From NCBI GenBank assembly GCA_965661285.1, contig CBFIDD010000002.1, positions 256,001-320,000 of the forward strand: a stretch of 64,000 nt of DNA, read 5' to 3'. The first letter of the stretch is position 1; each line of letters starts with the position of its first letter. The position numbers were made by a program, and so were the translations under genes. Positions 49,488 through 58,700 of this stretch are shown here, piece by piece. The DNA is from Poseidonia sp. Lineage in GTDB: Archaea > Thermoplasmatota > Poseidoniia > Poseidoniales > Poseidoniaceae. The notes under the pieces were generated by a model, which was given only the letters and a program-made list of their open reading frames with translations, ran no database searches and had not been told where the DNA came from.

Positions 49488-49925
49488 ATGCAGGCACAGG
49501 AGATGTTGTCGGTCGTGCCTGCAGACCTCGTCAGGACCGTCCTGGAACAGCGACGAGCGGTGGCTCAACGCCTTCCCGAAGAACTTGAGCGCCGGCAAGA
49601 GGAAAACGACCGTGCCTTCAAACTGGCAAGATCTTCACGGAAACACCTCCATGACCTCCAAGCCGCAGGCGAGGAAGGGAAACCCCTTGTGGACGCCCAA
49701 CACACCTACGACGAGCACGAACAATTCCGAAGGCGAGCGTCTTCACGACTCCAAACGGTCAAGAACAACATCAACGATAGCAACGAGGCGATCGAATTTT
49801 GGGAGCGAATCTCCCAAGGCGAGTGGGGCCACCTTCTCGAGGACGCTGAGCGCGTACGCAGCGGAGGCAAGTCGAGTTATTCCCAAGCAAAAACCCGCAA
49901 CACGACACGGGGGGACAGCGCTTGA
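49488..49925 (+). CDS. Helical/coiled-coil hypothetical protein
   Basis: Charged heptad-rich ORF; its stop overlaps the next start. Confidence 0.75.
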   Translation: MQAQEMLSVVPADLVRTVLEQRRAVAQRLPEELERRQEENDRAFKLARSSRKHLHDLQAAGEEGKPLVDAQHTYDEHEQFRRRASSRLQTVKNNINDSNEAIEFWERISQGEWGHLLEDAERVRSGGKSSYSQAKTRNTTRGDSA

Positions 49926-50779
49926 GTTCAAACGGCTCGTCGCTCTTTTCGGATTTAAGTGGCAAAGATCTCGCCGAAGTTGAACGGATGTACCAGGATG
50001 CCTTGACCGACCTCGCCACAACGGAGGAAAAACTGGTCGACCTCTACCAAAACAAAAAACTCCATTCGGAGGCCATCAAATTCGCCGTGAGCAAATCGTC
50101 CACACCGCCGAAGCCTCGGGACGGTTCGACGAACGAACTGGTTGAACTTGCCGTGGAACAGAAAGAAACCTTTGCTGCCTGTATCGAACGCCGAGATGCA
50201 CTGGTTGAGCGACTCTCGGTTCCCCGTCATCGTGTCGTCCACGCCATGAGCGAGTTTCATGAAAAACTGACCGCCCCACGCTCGCCCACAGCATCGTTGA
50301 GTTTAGCCAACGAAATGGAGTACTTCTCGCGATTTTTTGAGCTTCAGGCGATGTTGGAAATATACGACGAGGAACGCGACTTGCAGAGCAAGCTCCACCG
50401 TGCGAGAGCCAACCTCCTCGAGACCGTCAAGGCCGTCAACAAGAACGACAGGCGATTGGCGCAACGCATCAACCAATATCGCTCAACAGCCAAAAAACAA
50501 CGCATTGAGGCAGGGAGACTGAAGGCTTTCTTGGAGAAAAGCAACGCCTCTGCCGTCGCACCGGTGCCCGAGCCGAGCCCTGAAATGAATCAGCGGCTGT
50601 TGGCCGGCGAAGCGTTGACCATGGAAGAATTTGCATCGATGCTCGAGCACGGTGGTCTGACCGACCTTGACAACACCACTGCGGCGCCATCAAAGCCCAA
50701 AACGAGAAAGAAGCAGGCCACGCGTTCTGCGAAACCTCGACGAGGCCAGCGGCAAACCTCACCACGAAGGAGAGATTGA
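49922..50779 (+). CDS. Coiled-coil protein, divergent COG1340-like paralog
   Basis: Heptads; RLLAGEALTMEEF matches KLLAGETLSTEEL of 51722..52597. Confidence 0.75.
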   Translation: MSSNGSSLFSDLSGKDLAEVERMYQDALTDLATTEEKLVDLYQNKKLHSEAIKFAVSKSSTPPKPRDGSTNELVELAVEQKETFAACIERRDALVERLSVPRHRVVHAMSEFHEKLTAPRSPTASLSLANEMEYFSRFFELQAMLEIYDEERDLQSKLHRARANLLETVKAVNKNDRRLAQRINQYRSTAKKQRIEAGRLKAFLEKSNASAVAPVPEPSPEMNQRLLAGEALTMEEFASMLEHGGLTDLDNTTAAPSKPKTRKKQATRSAKPRRGQRQTSPRRRD

Positions 50780-50784
50780 TCGGC

Positions 50785-51273
50785 ATGCCGAGAATGGCTT
50801 GGATTCCCGGTGAGCGCCCCTTGGACCTGCCAGCGAAGAACGTTGACGACGTGATTGAACTCTTTCTCAACGAGACGGGGGAACACTATGCAGAAGCTTC
50901 CGTGCGACATTTACCCATTCCTATTTGGGACGCCAACCTCCTGCTGGTTGACCTCGATGAAAAACCACCACGTACGGTGCAGGGCGTCTTGTGGGCCACG
51001 CCGTTCAAGGACTCGATCGTCAGAGTGGCTGCCTTCGTCATTGGGACCGAACACCAAGACCGAACCTTGGGCACCCAGGCGTGGGACCGTTTTTGCCGTG
51101 AAGCATGGTCCAAAGGCTTCCGACATGTCCAGCTCGAGGTGAAAGCCGACAACCTCGGAGCGCAGCGTTTCTACCAACGAAGGGGACTTGCCATCCAACA
51201 GGAACTGCACGGCTATTACAAGTCGGGACTCGGCTACATGATGCGTGGACCCCTCCACCTGCCAGAGACTTGA
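50785..51273 (+). CDS. GNAT acetyltransferase (RimI-like)
   Basis: HQDRTLGT (motif A), LEVKADNLGAQRFY, GYY. Confidence 0.88.
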   Translation: MPRMAWIPGERPLDLPAKNVDDVIELFLNETGEHYAEASVRHLPIPIWDANLLLVDLDEKPPRTVQGVLWATPFKDSIVRVAAFVIGTEHQDRTLGTQAWDRFCREAWSKGFRHVQLEVKADNLGAQRFYQRRGLAIQQELHGYYKSGLGYMMRGPLHLPET

Positions 51274-51307
51274 GAAGGACTATTCACCGAGGCGAAAAAG
51301 GAACACT

Positions 51308-51610
51308 ATGATTGAGGCCATGCTCAGAGGCTTGACCGAACTTGAAGGCGTCCGAGCCGTGGTTCTGGTTGAGGACGACGGGTTCGTTGTCCATTCTTAT
51401 CCTACACCCCACGCCCTTGAGCCGTCAACTGTTGAGGCGTGGCTTCACCTGGTGAGCGAAACACCGAAGGATGCCCTCACAACCGTGGTCACGGAAAGGG
51501 GGTACGTGGTGTTCACGTTCATTGAACGCCGTATTTTGATAACGGTTTGCGAGCGTTCTTCCAATTTAGGCAAGGTGCGTTCTGTCCTCCACGACATCAA
51601 CCCACCATGA
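51308..51610 (+). CDS. Roadblock/LC7-like protein
   Basis: LTELEGVRAVVLVEDDGFVV...SNLGKVR pattern. Confidence 0.8.
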   Translation: MIEAMLRGLTELEGVRAVVLVEDDGFVVHSYPTPHALEPSTVEAWLHLVSETPKDALTTVVTERGYVVFTFIERRILITVCERSSNLGKVRSVLHDINPP

Positions 51611-51721
51611 CAAACCTGAACTGAAGAGGCACAGCGCTCACCCGTGAAGGATTAAATGGGGGTGGTTGGTCGCCAACTTGCGGGAGGGTGGGAACCCTCC
51701 CCAGACCAGGTGAGATGAAGA

Positions 51722-52597
51722 ATGGCAGAACTCAAAGATCTTCTTGACGAGCGACGAAAGATGGTTGACAAAAAAGCAACGCAACATCGCGAAATTCGAG
51801 ACGATTGGAACGAGAAAACCAAGACCTTCACCGCCACCCGAAACGAACTCAACAACGAAGTGCGTGAACTCATCGTTCAAGTTCGCGAGCAACGCGACCT
51901 GCGAGACCAGATGAACGAAATGGTTCGAGAGAAGAAAAAAGAGCGCGATGAGGCAAACCAATCGGTCCGTGAGGCGAAAGAGGCCCTGCATGCCGGCCAA
52001 CCCGAGCAACCACAGGAATTCGACCGACGTGGACGACCGATTCGCCCCGATACCGTTCAATCCTTGACCCGGACCATGGACCGCTTGGAACGTGAATTTG
52101 AGCAGGGAAAGCATCAAGGAAAGAACGAGCGAAAATACTTCAAGAAAATGAAGGAATTGAGCGCCAAGCGAAAAGCCTTGAAGGAAGCCCAAAAAGCGAC
52201 TGAAAATGCTGAAGGAAGCGGCGAATTGCGTGCTGCCATGGCCCTCCAAGAGGCCGCTCACAACGCCGTGAAGGAAGCGGCGGAAGCAGCGCAAAGCGCC
52301 CACGATAACATGCTGCAGTGGAACGCAGAAGTTGACCGTCAGCGCGAAAAAGCAGAAGCTGCACACCGAAAACTCCGAACGTCAAAGAAAGAGGCCGACA
52401 AGGAACACAGCCTGTACATCGTTTCACTTCGTTGCCTGCACTCCATCCAGGACATCCTTCGTGCCATGCGAGGCGCAAGCGCAGGCGCAGGCCAGCGACC
52501 AGCGGCCAGCGACCAAACGCAGGACCTCATGGCCAAGTTGCTCGCTGGTGAAACGCTGTCCACCGAGGAGTTGATGCAACTTCAACGGTTTGACTGA
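51722..52597 (+). CDS. Archaeal coiled-coil protein (COG1340-like)
   Basis: RDDWN/RNELN/RDQMN/RDEAN repeats; C-terminal KLLAGETLSTEELMQLQ. Confidence 0.85.
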   Translation: MAELKDLLDERRKMVDKKATQHREIRDDWNEKTKTFTATRNELNNEVRELIVQVREQRDLRDQMNEMVREKKKERDEANQSVREAKEALHAGQPEQPQEFDRRGRPIRPDTVQSLTRTMDRLEREFEQGKHQGKNERKYFKKMKELSAKRKALKEAQKATENAEGSGELRAAMALQEAAHNAVKEAAEAAQSAHDNMLQWNAEVDRQREKAEAAHRKLRTSKKEADKEHSLYIVSLRCLHSIQDILRAMRGASAGAGQRPAASDQTQDLMAKLLAGETLSTEELMQLQRFD

Positions 52598-52659
52598 AAA
52601 TAAACCGTGCGGATACATCAAAAACCTCCGAGCATGAAGGCAGGACGGACGTGGTTTGA

Positions 52660-53817
52660 ATGATTGGTCAATCCGACATCGAGGCAATCGTCGAAGAATA
52701 CGACCGGCTCAAGTTGCGCATCGGCATGACAGCCTCGCATTCGGCGCTGGATATCTGTGACGGTGCGATTGAGGAAGGCTTCCCCACCGTCGCCTACTGC
52801 AAGGAAGGAAGGCACAAAACCTACGCCAATTATTTCAAAACCCAACGAAGTTCATCAGGACGTGTTGTTCGTGGCATGGTTGACAAGGCCATTGTCCTCA
52901 ACGAATTCAACGATGTCCTCGCGCCTCAGATGCAAGAAGAAATGCGCAAGCGAAACGTCATCTACATCCCAAACCGCTCCTTTACCTCTTACTCCGCCAT
53001 CAGCGATATTGAGGATAACTTCCGTGTGCCCATGTTCGGTTCTCGAAACATGCTCCGAATGGAAGAGCGTACAGAAGAGCAAGATTACTATTGGATCCTC
53101 GAAAAAGCAGGATTGCCCTACCCCGAAAAAATCGATAACCCCGAGGACATTGATTGCTTGGTCATCGTCAAACTCCACCACGCCCAAAAGAAACTCGAGC
53201 GTGGCTTCTTCACCTGCGCATCCTACAAGGAATACCAGGAGAAATCCGCAGCGCTACTCGCCGAGGGCGTCATCGACCAAGCCTCACTTGACGGTGCTCG
53301 TATCGAGCGCTACGTCATCGGTCCCGTGTTCAACCTGAATTTCTTCTACAGTCCACTTGCCGAAGAGGGCGAGCGTCTAGAATTGCTTGGCGTCGACTGG
53401 CGATTTGAATCCTCACTGGACGGGCATGTTCGCCTCCCAGCACCGCAGCAAATGACCATGCCGATTCACCAGCAAATCCCCGAGATGACCGTGGTTGGCC
53501 ACAACACCGCTACCATCCGAGAATCCTTGCTTGAGAAGGCGTTTGAACTCGGCGAGAAATTCATCAAAGCCAGCAAGGAACACTACGACCCGGGCATCAT
53601 CGGTCCGTTCTGCCTCCAAACCTGCATTGACAAGGACATGAACTACTACATCTACGACGTCGCTCCTCGTCTCGGTGGCGGCACGAACGTGCACGTCAGC
53701 GTTGGCCACCCCTACGGCAACGCCACCTGGCGCAAACCCATGTCGAGCGGCCGTCGTATCGCCATGGAACTGCGTATGGCTGCAGAGCAAGACCGCCTGC
53801 TCGAAGTGTTGACGTGA
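52660..53817 (+). CDS. purP: PurP-family ATP-grasp formate ligase
   Basis: ASHSALDI, IPNRSF, ERGFF, IRESLL, GIIGPFCLQ, GRRIA. Confidence 0.9.
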   Translation: MIGQSDIEAIVEEYDRLKLRIGMTASHSALDICDGAIEEGFPTVAYCKEGRHKTYANYFKTQRSSSGRVVRGMVDKAIVLNEFNDVLAPQMQEEMRKRNVIYIPNRSFTSYSAISDIEDNFRVPMFGSRNMLRMEERTEEQDYYWILEKAGLPYPEKIDNPEDIDCLVIVKLHHAQKKLERGFFTCASYKEYQEKSAALLAEGVIDQASLDGARIERYVIGPVFNLNFFYSPLAEEGERLELLGVDWRFESSLDGHVRLPAPQQMTMPIHQQIPEMTVVGHNTATIRESLLEKAFELGEKFIKASKEHYDPGIIGPFCLQTCIDKDMNYYIYDVAPRLGGGTNVHVSVGHPYGNATWRKPMSSGRRIAMELRMAAEQDRLLEVLT

Positions 53818-53829
53818 TCAGCTCACGAT

Positions 53830-55689
53830 TTATTCTTCAACATCGTAGAAGGCCTGGTCCGTAATCTCGTACCAGGGATTGACGCCGATATCGCTCGAGC
53901 CCTCATAGTAAGCGGTGGATTCCACGAAATAATAGGTCAGGTTGGCCTTCGCCCCCACACCGTTGATGCTCCAACCCTCGTGGTTATCCAAAGCGACAAC
54001 CGGCCAGGCATGGCCGCCCCATTCATCATCCTCGGTCGCCTTCACGCTGCCCAACATCAATGCGGCATCGTATCCAAGAGCCTCAACCAAACTGATGAAG
54101 AGTGCGCTGGAATCTTCACAATCCCCGCTCTGGTCGTACAGCATCTCCAAAGGGTATTTCGGATACTCGGAAAAGTTGGTGGAATCAATATCGTAAGCGT
54201 ATTGGATTTGTCCAACAAAGGCGTAGATATAGCGCAGGATACCGATGTCTGAGGTATAACCCTTAGAGATGGCATCTGCCAGGAGTTGGTCGGCCGTGGC
54301 CCGAATCGTCGCATCGTTGGGTGTTGAAAACGCTGCATACTGAGGGATGATGTCGGCATTGGAATAGGCGTACGTCCAATCGATGGCGTGGTTCATGTTT
54401 CGGTACATAAGATAGTCAGCGTGGGTGGTGTCAATTCGGATACTATGGTACTCGCCACTAAACTGCCAGTACATGTTGAACGAGGTCATCCCAAGATAGT
54501 CCAGCGGTTCGAGAGAAAACTCCAGTGACCCTGCGTCTCCATCACCGCTCCCGTTGGCCACGAAAGAGAGGTTCTGCTCAGAAGCAAGGCTGTCGTAGAT
54601 CACGGCATACCTGAGAACACCTTCATCAGGATGGATGTCAACATCGTCATCGATCAGAGGATCCCAGTCGTACACCGATAGTTCAATCCAGTGATATCGC
54701 AGGGATTCATCGAGGTTGATTGAAGCATTCACACCGACAAACTCCGGCTCTCCAACGGTGACGGTCAGCGCACCGTTTCCGTGATGACAAATGTCGCTTT
54801 GATTGTAAATGGAATAGCAAAAATACATGTCGCCACGGTCCGATAACCAATCAACAGCATCAAAGAGTGTAAAGCGCTCAAAACGTATCCTGACACCGAT
54901 GTCCTTCCCTAGGTGGAGGTCGTCCTCATCCAAGGTCCCGTCGTTATCGTCGTCCGGGTCGGCGTTGTCTCCCAATCCATCACCGTCTTCATCGGCCCAT
55001 TCAGCCCCGTTCCAAGGGAACACGTCGCTGTTATCCCCCCAACCGTCCCCGTCCGTGTCCAATTGTTCGGACGGGTCCTCGGGGAAAGCGTCGCCATTAT
55101 CGCCAACACCGTCCTCGTCCGTGTCCTGCCACTCGCTGGCATCCAAAGGAAAGACATCAAGGTCGTCTGAAACATTGTCGTTGTCGTCGTCGGTGTCCTC
55201 CATGACATCATGACAGCCATCAGCGTCGTTATCCGTTTCTGCGGTCGGCAGCCAATCCATGCCACCCGTTGGACAGGCATCGGTCTCGTCGAGAACCGTG
55301 TCGTTGTCGTCATCCTCGTCTTCCTCACCATCATGGCAGCCATCGCCGTCGTGGTCCAAGTCGGTGCTGGAGGTCCACTCAGTGAAGCCGTCATAGCAAT
55401 CGTCAACGCCGTTGGCAATGCCGTCCCCATCAATGTCGTTGGGGTCATAATCTGAGAAATTCCAAACGATGACGGCCACAAGAGAAGAGATGAGCAAAAC
55501 ACCAACCAGAACAACACCAACCATGAGACCGGGGGACACAAACGAAGCACGTTGGGCCGATGCGTGGGCGTGGACCTGCCCCTCCCCTTCATCGAGTGAC
55601 GCAGTCATCTCCGCTGGCGACGCCGACTCCTCTTCTTCAAGGCCAAGCAAATCTCGGGCTGCGCTCCAAAATTCGTCTTGCTGAGCCAT
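53830..55689 (-). CDS. Membrane-anchored TSP3-repeat protein with transglutaminase-like domain
   Basis: N-terminal TM, DxDGDG repeats, YPKYPLE...GDCED...GHAW...YFVEST. Confidence 0.85.
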   Translation of the reverse strand: MAQQDEFWSAARDLLGLEEEESASPAEMTASLDEGEGQVHAHASAQRASFVSPGLMVGVVLVGVLLISSLVAVIVWNFSDYDPNDIDGDGIANGVDDCYDGFTEWTSSTDLDHDGDGCHDGEEDEDDDNDTVLDETDACPTGGMDWLPTAETDNDADGCHDVMEDTDDDNDNVSDDLDVFPLDASEWQDTDEDGVGDNGDAFPEDPSEQLDTDGDGWGDNSDVFPWNGAEWADEDGDGLGDNADPDDDNDGTLDEDDLHLGKDIGVRIRFERFTLFDAVDWLSDRGDMYFCYSIYNQSDICHHGNGALTVTVGEPEFVGVNASINLDESLRYHWIELSVYDWDPLIDDDVDIHPDEGVLRYAVIYDSLASEQNLSFVANGSGDGDAGSLEFSLEPLDYLGMTSFNMYWQFSGEYHSIRIDTTHADYLMYRNMNHAIDWTYAYSNADIIPQYAAFSTPNDATIRATADQLLADAISKGYTSDIGILRYIYAFVGQIQYAYDIDSTNFSEYPKYPLEMLYDQSGDCEDSSALFISLVEALGYDAALMLGSVKATEDDEWGGHAWPVVALDNHEGWSINGVGAKANLTYYFVESTAYYEGSSDIGVNPWYEITDQAFYDVEE

Positions 55690-55744
55690 TGCTAGGGCGA
55701 TGAGGAGCGAGCAATATTACAGTTATGCCGACAATAAGGTCCAC

Positions 55745-58700
55745 TCAGCCTTGGTAGGCCACCCACTGGTTCGTCTGAGCGTCGTAGTAGGAGAGGTTGC
55801 CATTCTCATCTCTTGACCAGTGCACACCGTTCTCTTCCCATTGCTGAGGTGAAGAGGCGTCAAGGTTCGGGACATCCTTTGAAGCCCCTGCCATGTTGTG
55901 TTCCGTTACCGAATCCATGGCGTCCATGCCATCACCGAACGGACTGGTCGCCGCGAGTTCCGGCTTGCGGGTGTAGAAGTAACCGCCGCCACCGAGGAGG
56001 CCGACCAAAAGCAACGCGATGATGGCATACAAAACGCCGTTTCCAGATTCTTCAACAGCAGCTTGCGAACGAGTGGGGTCTTCCGGGAAGGCATCCCACC
56101 GGTCGGCGACACCGTCGTTGTCGGAATCAACGGATTCGTTGGCATCGAACTTGAAGGCGTCCTCGGCGTCGTTCACACCGTCGCCGTCGGAATCTCGCTG
56201 GGCCAGTGCACAACCTACGGCATCGATCAGTTCGCCCTCGGGGGTGTTGGGGCACTCGTCGACGTGGTTCTTGATGCCGTCTTCATCGTCATCCTTCTGT
56301 TGCTCCGAACATCCATCCATATCAACGCTCTGCGTCACCGGGGTATCGGGGCAAACATCCTTGTTGTCCATGATGTCGTCAAGGTCTGCATCTTTTTGTG
56401 ACGAAGAGCAGCCTGCAGCGTCGACCTGCTCACCGGTTGGGGTCACCGGGCAGGTATCGTCGGCATCCGAGATGCCGTCGCTGTCCGCGTCCCTCTGGTT
56501 GGTAGCGCAGCCGAGCATGTCAACATTCAATCCGTTTTCAGTACCGGGGCAATTATCGATGTCATCAGTAATTTCATCCCCGTCGCTGTCCTTCTGCGAA
56601 GGTGCACAGCCCTGAGCGTCAGCAGTTTCAGAATACGGCGTGTTATCGCACACATCGTAAGCATCCATCACGCCATCCTCATCCGTGTCTCGTTCAGATG
56701 CGGCACAGCCCACGCCGTTCACCGGTTCTCCTTCGGTTGTCGTGGGGCATTGGTCGCGGTCGTCCGTGATGGTATCGCCGTCCGTGTCAAGTTGGCTCGT
56801 AGCACATCCTGCTGCATCAACCACCGCACCCAGCGCCGTGTTGGGGCAGGCATCAAAGGCGTCCATCACACCGTCGTTATCGGCGTCTTCCTGGCTGCTT
56901 GAACAACCAACGCTGTCGACCGTTTCGCCCGCAGGCGTGTCCGGGCAGGCGTCATCGGCATCGCTCACACCGTCCATGTCGCCGTCAAGTTGAGAAAGCG
57001 AACAGCCGTTGCCATCCACCGCTTCGCCAACGGTTGTGTCGAGGCAGAGGTCGGGGTTGTTACCGTTGGGGTTATCTCCGTAGCCATCGCCGTCGGCGTC
57101 GCGCCACTGGGTCGCATCGTTGGGGAAGGCGTCAGCATTCAGTCCGGCTGCGTTGTCCCCGTAGCCATCGCCATCGGAATCGCTCCATTGCGTGGAATCG
57201 TTGGGGAAGGCATCAGGCGTGGTGCCTGCTTGGTTGTCGCCGTAACCATCGCCATCGGTGTCAGACCACTGGCTGGCATCGTTCGGGAAGGCGTCGGCGT
57301 TGTCGCCTTGCGGGTTGTCGCCATAACCGTCGCCGTCGCCGTCTTCCCATTGCGTACCGTCGGTGGGGAACGCATCGGGCGTGGTCCCGTTGGGATTGTC
57401 GCCGTAGCCATCACCGTCTGCGTCGGACCACTGGCTCGCATCGCTGGGGAACGCATCGCCATTGGTGCCTGTTGGGTTGTCGCCAAAGCCGTCGCCGTCG
57501 CTGTCTTTCCACTGGGTGCTGTCAGAGGGCCAGGCGTCCGGATTGTTGCCGCTGGCATTGTCGCCGTAGCCATCGCCATCCGTGTCGGACCACTGCGTGG
57601 GGTCGGTTGGGAACGCATCGGGATAGGAGCCGTTGGCATTGTCGCCGTAGCCGTCACCGTCGGCGTCGGACCATTGGGTGTTGTCTGTGGGGAAAGCATC
57701 CGCCATGTTTCCACTAGCGTTGTCTCCGTAGCCGTCGCCGTCCATGTCGGACCACTGTGTGCTGTCGGCGGGGAAGGCATCCACATCGTCGTTGTAGCCA
57801 TCACCATCGGTATCTTTCTGAGAGAGCGCACAGCCGTTCAGGTCCACGGTAGCACCGGTGGCGGTGTTTGGACAGGCATCGGATTCGTTGGGCACACCGT
57901 CGTTATCATCGTCCTGAACCAGCGTGAAGCAATCAGAATCCCCGATGAGCTGCACGGAGACATCAGAATAGAGGTCGATGTGAACACAATAGGTGCCAGA
58001 AGCGTTTGGTGTAGCGTAGGTGAAGGTCGGCATGCTCTGATTTTGCGCCGTGGCTGTAAACGAGGTCAACGTGGAGGTGGCAAGATTTGCCCCGGAAGCA
58101 TCAGTGACGCGATACTGGTACCGGTAACCGTCGCCAACCACGAGGTCCAAACCCTCAGCCTGCACGTTATTCGTGGCGGCTGTTGAACTGGATGAGAACG
58201 ATGCAAGTACCAAACTCGGGAGTTGCGGTATGAACTCGTAGAAATGGACACCGCTCATGTTGTCGTTATCACTCAAATTCACTGACGTGCCGTTCAGCGA
58301 GAGGTGAGCGAAGAACAGATGATCATTCATCGTCGTTGGTCCAGTCCAATTGATCTGGTAGGACATCGAAGACGTGGTGGGCATCAAGGACCACATATCG
58401 GAATCGATCATCGAGTGGTTAATGGCAGCATCAACATCACTTGAGACTGTGAAGTTGTTCAACCACTCGTCGTAATCCACAACCACCCACTTGACGACAT
58501 AATCTGCACCCACCGTCATGTTGGTCAGTTCAATATCTCCCGTGGTTGAGGACGTTGCTTCAATTTCGACCATTTCAATGTACAACTCGTCCGTGTCGGT
58601 GTTGAGGGGGATACCGCTGGCGTCGGAGAGCGTTGAGGAAACGAGGAAGGTCGATTCGTTGCTGGTGGCCATGGTCGTGATGTTGACGCTGTGCGTGGTT

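Noticed and set aside
57053-57781. Regular 81-nt periodicity resembling a CRISPR array
   Set aside because: In-frame coding repeats with synonymous variation; no invariant repeat/unique spacer pattern and no cas genes.
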